Source: an uncultured Actinomycetes bacterium
Lineage (GTDB): Bacteria > Actinomycetota > Thermoleophilia > Gaiellales > Gaiellaceae
Direction: 5' to 3'
Assembly (NCBI GenBank): GCA_963782765.1
Contig: CAWALC010000001.1
Location: 323,451-387,450 of the forward strand
Length of the DNA: 64,000 bases
Position 1 is the stretch's first letter; the number at the start of each line of letters is the position of its first letter. Position numbers and translations under genes: made by a program. The notes under the pieces are model-generated. The model ran no database searches, was not told where the DNA came from, and saw only the letters and a list, made by a program, of their open reading frames with translations. This document shows positions 19,404-29,626 of this stretch, one piece after another.

Positions 19404-20427
19404 GTAAGCGCCTTCGGGTCGCAGTCATCGCCGGCGGACGTTCGAGCGAGCACGAGATCTCGGTCGAGTCGGCCCGATCCGTGATCGGTGGGCTCGACCC
19501 GGACCGGTACGACGTCAAGGAGATCCAGATCCACCGCGACGGGCGTTGGGAGCTCGGGCCGGGAGACGCGCGCGAGCTGGGCCGGCCGGTGGCGGAGACG
19601 CTGCCGGTTCCGACGGGGTCGCCGCCGGAGGTGCTCGGGCAGGTCGACGTCGTCCTGCCGATCCTCCACGGCCCGTTCGGCGAGGACGGCACCGTTCAGG
19701 GGCTGCTGGAGCTCGCGGGCGTGCCGTACGTGGGTGCGGGTGTGACGGCGTCGGCGCTGTGCATGGACAAGGATCTCTTCAAGGCCGTCTGCCGCGACAA
19801 GGGGATCCCGGTCACGCGGTCGGTGACGGTGCGGAACGGCCATCGGCCGGAGAATCCCTTCGGCTACCCGGTCTTCGTCAAGCCGGCGCGGCTGGGATCG
19901 TCGGTCGGGATCAGCAAGGTCGGCGGAGGAGGACGAGCTGCAGGAGCGCCGTCGATCTCGCGCGGCGCCACGACGAGAAGGTGCTGATCGAGGAGTTCGT
20001 GCCCGGCGTCGAGGTCGAGGTGGGCGTCCTGGGCAACAGGGAGCCGATCGCGTCGCTGCCGGGCGAGATCGTGGCCCACGGCTTCTCCGGCGTCGACTGG
20101 TACGACTACTCGGCGAAGTACGACCAGGGCGGGATGGACCTCATCGTCCCGCCGCGGATCCCCGAGGACAAGGCCGAGCGCGTGCAGCAGCTCGCCGTCG
20201 AGGCGTTCGTCGCCACCGACTGCGAGGGGATGGCGCGGGCCGACTGCTTCGTGCGGGACGACGGCGAGGTGCTCGTCAACGAGCTCAACACGATCCCGGG
20301 CTTCACGGCGACGAGCGTCTACGCGAAGCTCTTCGAGAAGTCGGGGATCCCGTACCCCGAGCTCCTCGACCGGCTGGTCGAGCTCGCGCTCGAGCGCCAC
20401 GAGCGGCGCGGCAAGCTCGAGTTCTAG
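19400..20427 (+). pseudogene. ddl: D-alanine--D-alanine ligase, reading frame interrupted
   Basis: The N-terminal two thirds are in the frame of ORF 19400..19987 (...PVFVKPARLGSSVGISKV). The C-terminal third is in the frame of ORF 19546..20427 (VDLARRHDEKVLIEEF...NELNTIPGFT...). The 8 codons between (EEDELQE) read only in the third frame. Two extra bases near 19922 and 19947 explain the pattern. Confidence 0.9.
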
Positions 20428-20488
20428 AACTCAGGCGCGTGAGCGCCGGATGAGTGGCGCGTGAGCACGGCGCTCCACAGTCGGCGGC

Positions 20489-21490
20489 GTGAACCGCTCC
20501 GTCCCTCTCGCCGCTCTCGCAACCGTGGCAATCGCACTGCCGCTCGGCGCCTCCGCCTCCACGACCGCGGCCAGGGAGCACCGCCAAGCGGTTGATCACC
20601 CGACCCTCCACGTCGTTCCGTTCAGCACGCGGCTCTCTCGCCGGGCGACCTCCCAGCTCGAGCTGTTCGTCCCGTGGGGCGCGGGTGAGATGGCCCGTGT
20701 GGTCGTCTTCGTTCCTGCGGGCTATCGGGTCGATCTGACGAGCCCGCCGGGAGCCCAGGTCGGCCTGGTGGTCGCCTGGATGGAGATCGGCGGCTACATC
20801 GGCAAGGTCATCGCGGACGCGCCCGCGGCGCACGTGACGAACTCGTGTGCGCCAGGTCTCCACGAGGCGATCTGGCTCATGGAGCTCAACGTGCAGTCTC
20901 AGAAGCACCGCGTGCCGATGTTCCTGGACCGGACCGTGGGTGCCGAGGTCCGGCTCGGTGGCTACAAGCTTCAGGCCTGCCTTCCTCCTTCGCTCGAGCT
21001 CGGCATGCGAATCTCGATGCTCGAGCTCGACTTGGACAAGCTGACGAACCCGTCGGTTGCCGGGGGCTACACGTGGCGCGCCTTCGTCACCCCTTACGGC
21101 GAGGGCGTTCCGGACGTGAGCCGGACGTTCGAGCTCAGATCGACCGTGCCGCTTCCCATGACCCTCACGCTCGGTGGGCGCTACGACCGGCCCCGCAGGC
21201 GCGCAGTCCTGACGGGCCGGTTCGTCTCACCCGGGTTCGACGTCTCCGGCATGCCCGTCGAGCTCAACGTCAAGCAGGGGCGGTACTACGAGCCCCTCAC
21301 GTGGGCCAGGACACGTGCCGACGGCCGCTACACGTTCCGGCGGAAGATTCGCGCCAGGACGACGTTCGCGGCAGTGACGCGCGCGACTGCCGAGTGCGAG
21401 GGGAGCTCCGTCGCTCCGGCCGGGTGTCTCAGCGAGACGTTCGCGTCGGTGTCGAGCCGCGACGTGACGGTCGCACCCAGGCGACGCTGA
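20489..21490 (+). CDS. secreted hypothetical protein
   Basis: 333-aa ORF with a signal peptide (MNRSVPLAALATVAIALPLGASAS). The C-terminal part resembles a carboxypeptidase-regulatory-like beta domain (VLTGRFVSPGFDVSGMPVELNV...RADGRYTFRRKI). Confidence 0.6.
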   Translation: MNRSVPLAALATVAIALPLGASASTTAAREHRQAVDHPTLHVVPFSTRLSRRATSQLELFVPWGAGEMARVVVFVPAGYRVDLTSPPGAQVGLVVAWMEIGGYIGKVIADAPAAHVTNSCAPGLHEAIWLMELNVQSQKHRVPMFLDRTVGAEVRLGGYKLQACLPPSLELGMRISMLELDLDKLTNPSVAGGYTWRAFVTPYGEGVPDVSRTFELRSTVPLPMTLTLGGRYDRPRRRAVLTGRFVSPGFDVSGMPVELNVKQGRYYEPLTWARTRADGRYTFRRKIRARTTFAAVTRATAECEGSSVAPAGCLSETFASVSSRDVTVAPRRR

Positions 21491-22918
21491 CTAGCGCGCC
21501 GTGACTTCGTTCACGTGTTTGGAACCGGAGTCGAGCTCGGTGATCCAAACGAGGAAGTAGCGCGCGTCGGCGTCGCGGAGGTTGAAGCGGACGCGACGAT
21601 CGATCTCGCGTGAGCTCGACACCGGGTCGAACGGCCCCTGCGGGCTGTCCCCGGCGCGGATCTCGAGCGTGTAGCCCGGCGTGTCGGTCGTGACGGTCAT
21701 CGTGCGCGGACGGACGGTTTCGCCGGCATCGACCACGAGCCCGACGCCCGGCTTGCCCAGGCCGGCCCGGTAGCTCTCTGTCGTCCAGAACGTCGAGAGG
21801 TCACCGTCGGTGGCGAGCCCGGCCTCGTCGTCGTGCTCGGCGTCGTCGCCATCGGGATCGTAAGCCGAGATCCCCGTCAGGCCGATCGAACGTGGTGGCG
21901 CCGCCTGCGGATCGTCGTCGCCGTCCCGTAGCGCCAGGGCGCCAAGCGCCGCCAGTCCCGCGACAGCGAGGACGGCCAGCACGGCCGCGACCGGCCAGAG
22001 AACCCCGAGTCGCCGCTTCCGCCGCCGGGGCTGCCGCGCCGCCCGCTTCGGAGCCACGGGCCGCCGCGAGATCATCGTCGCCTGCTCGGCGCTCGGATCG
22101 AGCTCGTCGAGGCAGGCCTCGAGCTCGTCGACGAGCTCATCCATCGAAGAGAAGCGCTCGTCCGGCGACTTCGCCATCGCGCGCTCCACTGCCAGCGCCA
22201 CCCGAGGTGGAAGCTCGGGCCGCCTTTCGAGCACGCTCGGCGTCGGCTCGTTCACGTGCTTCAGCGCGACGGTGACGAACGTCTCGCCCTCGTACGGCAC
22301 TCCGCCGACCAGCAGCTCGTAGAGCACGACCCCCAGGGAGTAGACGTCCGTCTGGGCGTCGACCTGCTGGCCGCGGGCCTGCTCGGGTGCGATGTACTCG
22401 CTCGTCCCGAGGACTGTCCCGGTGATCGTCACTCCCTGGACGTCGACCGAGCGCGCAATCCCGAAGTCGGTCATCTTCGCCTGCCCGTCCGCGTTCAACA
22501 GGACGTTCTGCGGCTTCACGTCCCGATGGATCAGCCCTCGCCCGTGCGCGAACGACAGCGCGCGGGCCATCTGCAGGCCCAGGACGAGCGCGTCGCTCAC
22601 CGGCATCGGCCCGGTCCGCTCGAGGAGCTGCTTCAGGTTCTCGCCCTCGACGTACTCGAAGACGATGAACTGCCGCCCCTCGTCCTCGCCGCGGTCGATG
22701 ACCGTGACGATGTTCGGGTGGCTCAGCTGCGCGACCGACCGGGCCTCGCGCCGAAACCGCTCGACGTACTCCTCGTCTTCCGTGAAATGGGGGTGGAGGA
22801 CCTTGACCGCGATCTGCCGGTCGAGCAGGCGATCGTGCGCCTTGTAGACGCTCGACATGCCGCCCTTGCCGATCAGTTCGAGCAGCTCGTAGCGGCCGGC
22901 GATGACCTCCCCTTGCAT
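21491..22918 (-). CDS. Ser/Thr protein kinase with extracytoplasmic beta-rich domain
   Basis: 475-aa ORF with motifs IGKGGMSSVY, AVK, HRDVKPQN, DFG, APE. One TM, then a C-terminal domain (DGDLSTFWTTESY...RYFLVWITEL) that resembles discoidin/F5-8-type-C-like modules. Confidence 0.9.
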   Translation of the reverse strand: MQGEVIAGRYELLELIGKGGMSSVYKAHDRLLDRQIAVKVLHPHFTEDEEYVERFRREARSVAQLSHPNIVTVIDRGEDEGRQFIVFEYVEGENLKQLLERTGPMPVSDALVLGLQMARALSFAHGRGLIHRDVKPQNVLLNADGQAKMTDFGIARSVDVQGVTITGTVLGTSEYIAPEQARGQQVDAQTDVYSLGVVLYELLVGGVPYEGETFVTVALKHVNEPTPSVLERRPELPPRVALAVERAMAKSPDERFSSMDELVDELEACLDELDPSAEQATMISRRPVAPKRAARQPRRRKRRLGVLWPVAAVLAVLAVAGLAALGALALRDGDDDPQAAPPRSIGLTGISAYDPDGDDAEHDDEAGLATDGDLSTFWTTESYRAGLGKPGVGLVVDAGETVRPRTMTVTTDTPGYTLEIRAGDSPQGPFDPVSSSREIDRRVRFNLRDADARYFLVWITELDSGSKHVNEVTAR

Positions 22919-22939
22919 GGGAAGGAGGTTACTCGCGGA

Positions 22940-23383
22940 CTAAACCGGGTCTGCGGTTCGGGTCGCCACAGCGGGCTCCCCGGGCGGTGTGCCGCGAATA
23001 CCGAGCCAGCGCATGTCGCGATGGGCAATGTAGGCCGCGTAGACGAGGACGATCAGCGCGAAGAGACCGTGCAGGCCGTGCACCCAGCCGCTGGCCCGAT
23101 CCTCGTCGGGCGGCGAGAGGAAGATCTGGATCGTGCCGAAGAGGAGCAGGCCGAAGTTGACGGCGATCCAGCCCCACATGCGCCAGAACGCGACAAGGGC
23201 GGAGAGGAAGACGATCAGCTCGGCGCCGTGGACGATGAAGCCGCCCACGAAGCCGTGCGCGTCCAGTGCATCCTCGCCCGCGCCCGTGAAGTACGCGGTA
23301 ATGAGGTAGGCCTGGAGGAACACCCCGATCACGACGACGACGGCGAACACGAGGTTCACCCAGGTGGCCGCACGATTCCTCAC
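22940..23383 (-). CDS. integral membrane protein (four helices)
   Basis: 147-aa ORF with four hydrophobic helices, located between gabT and the kinase on the same strand. Confidence 0.6.
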   Translation of the reverse strand: MRNRAATWVNLVFAVVVVIGVFLQAYLITAYFTGAGEDALDAHGFVGGFIVHGAELIVFLSALVAFWRMWGWIAVNFGLLLFGTIQIFLSPPDEDRASGWVHGLHGLFALIVLVYAAYIAHRDMRWLGIRGTPPGEPAVATRTADPV

Positions 23384-23400
23384 GCGGCGAAGACCTTAAC

Positions 23401-24726
<1,326 letters not shown>

Positions 24727-24765
24727 TGGCGCGACGATAGCGGAGCGATCGGCCGCTGTGCATAG

Positions 24766-24782
24766 TGAATAATCCGTATTCA
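24766..24782. promoter_or_regulatory. AT-rich perfect inverted repeat TGAATA-N5-TATTCA in the gabT/pdxH divergent region
   Basis: TGAATAATCCGTATTCA read directly. It lies in the 55-bp gap between the gabT start (24726) and the pdxH start (24782), and its last base is the A of the pdxH ATG. Confidence 0.5.
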
Positions 24783-25396
24783 TGAGCGGGCCGGACGGGA
24801 CCCTTCGTCGGGTCGATCTCGACTCCGATCCGGCTGGTCAGTTCCGCCGCTGGTACGCGGAGGCGGAGGCCGCCGTCGACATGCCCGAGGCTGTCGCGCT
24901 CGCCACCGCCGACGGCGAGGGGCTGCCGTCGGTCCGGATGGTTCTGGCGAAGGGCCTCGACGACCACGGCTTCAAGTTCCACACGGGTCACGGCAGCCGC
25001 AAGGCGCGCGAGCTCGCCGCCACCGGCCGCGGCGCACTTCTCTTCTACTGGGCGCCGCTCGGCCGCCAGGTGCGGGTCGAGGGCCCGGTCGAGCGTGTGC
25101 CGGACGAGGAGTCCGAGCGGTATTTCCGCACCAGGCCGCGCGACGGCCAGATCGCCGCCTGGGCGTCGTCCCAGAGCGAGGTCATCGGCTCGCGCGACGA
25201 GCTCGACGGGCGGGTGCGCGACTACGAGCGCGAGTTCGAGGGCAAGGACGTCCCGTTGCCGCCGCACTGGGGCGGCTACCGCCTCCAGCCCGAGACCTGG
25301 GAATTCTGGCAGCACCGCGACAGCCGCCTTCACGATCGCTTCCGGTACTCCCGCCAAGATGGTGGGGGATGGACGATCGACCGCTTAGCCCCGTAA
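24782..25396 (+). CDS. pdxH: pyridoxamine 5'-phosphate oxidase
   Basis: 204-aa ORF with ...LPSVRMVLAKGLDDHGFKFHT..., RQVRVEG and the C-terminal WEFWQHRDSRLHDRFRY signature. Confidence 0.92.
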   Translation: MSGPDGTLRRVDLDSDPAGQFRRWYAEAEAAVDMPEAVALATADGEGLPSVRMVLAKGLDDHGFKFHTGHGSRKARELAATGRGALLFYWAPLGRQVRVEGPVERVPDEESERYFRTRPRDGQIAAWASSQSEVIGSRDELDGRVRDYEREFEGKDVPLPPHWGGYRLQPETWEFWQHRDSRLHDRFRYSRQDGGGWTIDRLAP

Positions 25397-26451
25397 CCCC
25401 GATCCTCGCGCACCTCGACCTCGACGCCTTCTTCGCGGCGGTCGAGGAGCTGGAGAGCCCGGAGCTGCGCCGGAAGCCGCTCGTCGTCGGCGGCGACCCG
25501 CGCGGCCGCGGCGTCGTGGCGACGGCGAACTACGTCGCCCGGCAGTTCGGCATCCACTCGGCGATGAGCTGCGCCGAGGCGCTCCGTCGCTGCCCGAACG
25601 CCGTCTTCGTCCGGCCGCGGCACCGAACGTACTCGGACTACTCCAAGGAGGTCTGGAGCGCCGTTCGGCAGGTGGTGCCCACGGTCGAGCGGACCGGTCT
25701 CGACGAGGGGTACCTCGACGTCGGCGAGGTGGCCCGCGACTTCAACGAAGCCCGCGCCGTCGCCGAGGCTGTGCAGACGGCGGTGCGCGGTGCCACGAGC
25801 CTCACCTGCTCCCTGGGGATCGCGACGAGCAAGGTGGTCGCCAAGATCGCGAGCGACTACCGGAAGCCGGGCGGCCTGGTCGTCGTCCTCTCCGGCCGGG
25901 AGGCGGAGTTCCTTGCCCCGTTCGAGATCCGCCGGCTGCCGGGCGTGGGGCCCCGGTCGGAAACCCGCCTCCGTGCTGCGGGAATCGAGACGATCGGCGC
26001 GCTCGCCGCTCTCACCGACGAGCGCCTGAAGCAGCTCCTGCCCGGCAAGGTTGGGGCCTTCTTGCGCGACCGGGCCCGGGGGATCGACCCGCGCGGGCTG
26101 GAAACGCAGACGCAGCGGGTCTCGATCAGCACCGAGGAGACCTTCGAGCGGGACATCGCCGACGTGGAGCAGCTCCGGGGCGAGCTCCGCCGGATGGCCG
26201 CCTCGCTCGCCGAGCACCTCAAGGGCAAGGGCGAGACGGCGCGCACCGTCACGACGAAAGTGCGCTATCCGGACTTCTCGATCCGGAGCCGCTCGACCAG
26301 CCTCGCCGTGGGCACCGACGACGCCGAGCGCGTCGCCGAGCTCGCCTGTGCGTTGCTCGACCGAGCGCTCGCCGACAGGCCCGGGGCGCTGCGGCTGGTC
26401 GGCGTCGGGCTCTCAGGCCTCGAGCCGCATCAGCAGCTGACCCTCGTCTAG
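25369..26451 (+). CDS. dinB: DNA polymerase IV (Y-family)
   Basis: 360-aa ORF with LAHLDLDAFFAAVE, VATANYVARQFGIHSAM, SLGIATSKVVAKIASD. Confidence 0.92.
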   Translation: MDDRPLSPVTPILAHLDLDAFFAAVEELESPELRRKPLVVGGDPRGRGVVATANYVARQFGIHSAMSCAEALRRCPNAVFVRPRHRTYSDYSKEVWSAVRQVVPTVERTGLDEGYLDVGEVARDFNEARAVAEAVQTAVRGATSLTCSLGIATSKVVAKIASDYRKPGGLVVVLSGREAEFLAPFEIRRLPGVGPRSETRLRAAGIETIGALAALTDERLKQLLPGKVGAFLRDRARGIDPRGLETQTQRVSISTEETFERDIADVEQLRGELRRMAASLAEHLKGKGETARTVTTKVRYPDFSIRSRSTSLAVGTDDAERVAELACALLDRALADRPGALRLVGVGLSGLEPHQQLTLV

Positions 26452-26464
26452 TAGGTTCCGGCCG

Positions 26465-27346
26465 ATGTCAGCCGAGCCCACCACCCAGCCCGCGGCTGCC
26501 GCCGGAGCCGTCCGTCTCGGCGAGTTGAGCGTCAACCGGATGGGCTTCGGCGCGATGCGTCTGACCGGCAGCGGCGTATGGGGGAATCCGGCGGACCGCG
26601 AAGGGGCGAAGGGCGTCCTGCGCCGCGCGGTCGAGCTCGGAGTGACGCTGATCGACACGGCGGCCTCGTACGGCCCCGAGGTCAACGAGGAGCTGATCGC
26701 CGAGACCCTGCATCCGTATCCGGAGGGCCTCGCCGTCGCCACGAAGGGCGGGCTGATGCGGCCGGGCCCGGGTGAGTGGGAGCGGGACGGTCGGCCCGAG
26801 ACCCTGCGGGACTCTCTCGAGGGAAGCCTCCGCCGCCTGCGGCTGGAGCGCATCGACCTCTACCAGCTCCATGCCGTCGACCCCAAGGTTCCGATCGAGG
26901 ACTCGGTCGGCGCGCTGGCCGACCTCCAGCGGCAGGGCAAGATCCGCTACGTCGGGCTGTCGAACGTCGACGCCCGGCAGCTGGCCACTGCGCGCCAGAT
27001 CGTGCCGATCGTTTCGGTGCAGAACCGCTACAGCCTCGCCGACCGCCATTCCGAAGGCGTGCTGGACGCCTGCGAACGGGAGGGGCTCGCTTTCCTCCCG
27101 TGGTTCCCGCTCGCGCTCGGCCGCCTGGCGACGGCGACGGGCCATCTTGCCGAGGTCGCCCGCAACCACGGCGCCACACCGGCGCAGGTTGCGCTCGCCT
27201 GGCTGCTCCGCCGCTCGCCGGTGATGGCTCCGATTCCAGGCACGTCGACCGTGGAGCACCTGGAGGAGAACGTGGCCGCGGCCGAGCTGGAGCTCACAGG
27301 CGACGAGTTCGCCGGCCTCAGCCGGACCGCCGAGTCCGCCCTCTGA
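26465..27346 (+). CDS. aldo/keto reductase
   Basis: 293-aa ORF with [36 protein letters not shown]. Confidence 0.88.
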   Translation: MSAEPTTQPAAAAGAVRLGELSVNRMGFGAMRLTGSGVWGNPADREGAKGVLRRAVELGVTLIDTAASYGPEVNEELIAETLHPYPEGLAVATKGGLMRPGPGEWERDGRPETLRDSLEGSLRRLRLERIDLYQLHAVDPKVPIEDSVGALADLQRQGKIRYVGLSNVDARQLATARQIVPIVSVQNRYSLADRHSEGVLDACEREGLAFLPWFPLALGRLATATGHLAEVARNHGATPAQVALAWLLRRSPVMAPIPGTSTVEHLEENVAAAELELTGDEFAGLSRTAESAL

Positions 27347-27922
27347 TGGTCCTCTCCGACCGCACGATCCGCCGGCTGCTCGACGAGGGTCGCATCGAGA
27401 TCGACCCCTACGACGCCTCGCTTCTCCAGCCGTCCAGCGTGGACGTCCGCGTCGACCGGTTCTTCCGCGTTTTCCACAACGCGCGCTACCCGTACATCGA
27501 CGTCAAGGAGCCGCAGGAGGAGCTCACCGAGCTCGTCGAGATCGACGAGGAGCGGCCGTTCATCCTCCACCCGGGCGAGTTCGTGCTCGCCTCGACGCTG
27601 GAGCGGATCCGGCTGCCCGACGACCTCGTGGCGCGGTTGGAAGGGAAGAGCTCGCTGGGTCGCCTCGGCCTGCTGATCCACTCGACCGCAGGGTTCATCG
27701 ACCCGGGCTGGGACGGCCACGTGACGCTGGAGCTCTCCAACGTCGCCAACCTCCCCATCACGATCTACCACGCGATGAAGATCGGCCAGCTCTCGTTCGT
27801 CCAGTTGACCGAGCCGGCCGAGTCGCCGTACGGCTCCGGCGGGCTGGGCTCGAAGTACCAGGGCCAGCAGGGGCCCACACCCGAGCCGGTACTACGAGAA
27901 CTTCCGCGAGCGCGTCCGATGA
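27346..27922 (+). pseudogene. dcd: dCTP deaminase, C-terminal frame shift fuses it in frame to the next gene
   Basis: [23 protein letters not shown]...[34 protein letters not shown]...[12 protein letters not shown]. The conserved ending [12 protein letters not shown] is then found one frame over (27884-27922, with a TGA overlapping the next ATG). One extra base lies in the CCC/G context at 27880-27883. Confidence 0.9.
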
Positions 27923-28815
27923 AAGTCCTCGTCACCGGCGCGACGGGGTTCGTCGGCCCGGCGGTCGCGAACGCGATCGTCGACGCGGGCCACGAGGTGC
28001 GGGTGCTGGAGCGCAAGCCGGGCTCCTGGCGCGAGGCGGGGATCCGGTGCCAGGAGGCGGTTCAGGGAGACATGGCCGACCCGGAAAGCCTGCGCCGCGC
28101 CGCCGAGGACCAAGAGGTCGTCGTCCACCTCGTCGCGATCCGGCAGGGCAAGCCGGAGCAGTTCCAGTGGATCATGGTCGAGGGCACGAAGAGCCTCCTC
28201 GCCGCCGCCAGGGACGCCGGGGTGAAGCGATTCGTCCTGATGAGCGCGCTCGGGACGAGCGAGGAGACCAAGGATCTCGTCCCCTACTACGGCGCGAAGT
28301 GGCAGCAGGAGCTGGACGTGAAGGCGTCCGGTCTCGAGCACGTCATCTTCCGCCCGAGCTTCATCTTCGGAAGCGACGGCGGCATCCTCCCGACCTTCGC
28401 GAAGCTCGCGAAGCTGGCGCCGGTGACCGGGATCGTCGGGAGTGGCAAGCAGCGGATCCAGCCGATCTGGATCGACGACGTGGGCGCGTACTTCGCAGCC
28501 TCGGTCGAGAAGGCCGAAGCGGCGGGGCAGACGTTCGAGCTCGGCGGCCCGGACACGGTCGACTGGGACGAGCTCTGGTCGCGGCTGCGGGCGACGCTCG
28601 GGATCCGGCGGCGCCCGACCATGCACCTGCCGACCGGGCTGATGAAGATCCCGGCCACGCTCACCGAGCGGCTGCCCGGGAACATCCCTCTCACCCGCGA
28701 CCTGCTCACGATGCTCGAGGCGGGTGACAACGTCGCCTCGAACGACCTCGCGGTCCGCACGTTCGGTCTCCCGCTCGTCCCGCTGGACGAGCAGTTGCGC
28801 CGCGCCGTCGCTTGA
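27919..28815 (+). CDS. NAD(P)H-binding SDR (NmrA / complex I NDUFA9-like)
   Basis: [16 protein letters not shown] Rossmann start at ATG 27919. In the track it is hidden inside the artefactual 679-aa ORF 26776..28815. Confidence 0.85.
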   Translation: MKVLVTGATGFVGPAVANAIVDAGHEVRVLERKPGSWREAGIRCQEAVQGDMADPESLRRAAEDQEVVVHLVAIRQGKPEQFQWIMVEGTKSLLAAARDAGVKRFVLMSALGTSEETKDLVPYYGAKWQQELDVKASGLEHVIFRPSFIFGSDGGILPTFAKLAKLAPVTGIVGSGKQRIQPIWIDDVGAYFAASVEKAEAAGQTFELGGPDTVDWDELWSRLRATLGIRRRPTMHLPTGLMKIPATLTERLPGNIPLTRDLLTMLEAGDNVASNDLAVRTFGLPLVPLDEQLRRAVA

Positions 28816-29225
28816 TCGCGGCCGAGCGGGCGGTCGCGGCGCCGCCCGAGCGCGTGTTCGAGTTCCTGGCAGATCTCCGGAACCACTGGCGGCTGGAGCC
28901 ACGCTTCCTGGAGGTGGGCGAGCTCGGCGAGGACGGCGGGACGATCCGGTTGAAGGGCCCGCTGGGGCTCTCGCGCACCGTCCAGACCCGTGTCCTCGAG
29001 ACCGAGCGGCCGGTGCGCGTCGCCGGGCGTGCGGATCTTCGCGGAGGCACGGTTGGGCTTGTCGCGTGGGACATCCGGCCGTCCGGGGCCGGTTCGACCG
29101 TTCGCCTGTCGGCGGAGATACCCGAGGCGTCGGCATTCGACCGGATCTTCCTCGCGCTCGGCGGGCGGGCCTGGTTCCGGGGGCTCTTCCGGCGGGCGCT
29201 CGAGAATCTCGACGAGTTGCTGTGA
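28812..29225 (+). CDS. SRPBCC (START/polyketide-cyclase-like) protein
   Basis: 137-aa ORF whose TTG start overlaps the previous TGA. The start [24 protein letters not shown] is typical of SRPBCC proteins. Confidence 0.65.
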   Translation: MIAAERAVAAPPERVFEFLADLRNHWRLEPRFLEVGELGEDGGTIRLKGPLGLSRTVQTRVLETERPVRVAGRADLRGGTVGLVAWDIRPSGAGSTVRLSAEIPEASAFDRIFLALGGRAWFRGLFRRALENLDELL

Positions 29226-29626
29226 ACAAGCGGCGCTTCGCGACTGCGCTCTCGCGCTACGTCGTCAACCCGGTCGTCAAGCTCGCGGTGCGCCTACGGC
29301 TGGTGCGCGGCTGGGCGATCCTCGAGACCCGCGGGCGGAAGACCGGCCTGCCGCGGCAGAACCCGGTCGGGAACGGGCTCGCCGGCGACACGTTCTGGAT
29401 CGTCGCGGAGCATGGCGCGAAAGCGGGCTACGTCCGGAACATCGCGGCCGACCCACGGGTACGCGTCTTCGTCCGGGGGCGCTGGCGGACCGGGAAGGCC
29501 CAGGCGCTGCCCGACGACGACCCGCGCGAGCGCCAGCGCTCGCTCCCTGCCCTCAACGCTCGCGTCGTCCGGCTGATGGGGACCGACCTGATGACCGTGC
29601 GGATCGACCTCGATCCGGAGGAGTGA
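29222..29626 (+). CDS. nitroreductase-family deazaflavin-dependent oxidoreductase (DUF385/Ddn-like)
   Basis: GTG 29222 overlaps the previous TGA. ...ILETRGRKTGLPRQNPVG...FWIVAEHGAKAGYVRNIAADPRVRV... is the Ddn-like split beta-barrel signature. Confidence 0.7.
   Translation: MNKRRFATALSRYVVNPVVKLAVRLRLVRGWAILETRGRKTGLPRQNPVGNGLAGDTFWIVAEHGAKAGYVRNIAADPRVRVFVRGRWRTGKAQALPDDDPRERQRSLPALNARVVRLMGTDLMTVRIDLDPEE

Noticed and set aside
20434-20466. Direct repeat GGCGCGTGAGC x2 after ddl as a regulatory site.
   Set aside because: It is short and GC-rich, and the first copy simply forms a small GGCGC-GTGA-GCGCC hairpin after the ddl stop. The evidence is insufficient for anything beyond a weak terminator.
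26776-28815. 679-aa ORF that looks like one large protein.
   Set aside because: It is a chimera. An antisense-quality N-terminal stretch over the aldo/keto reductase runs into dcd, which is fused by a 1-nt frame error to the downstream SDR. The true units are 27346..27922 and 27919..28815.
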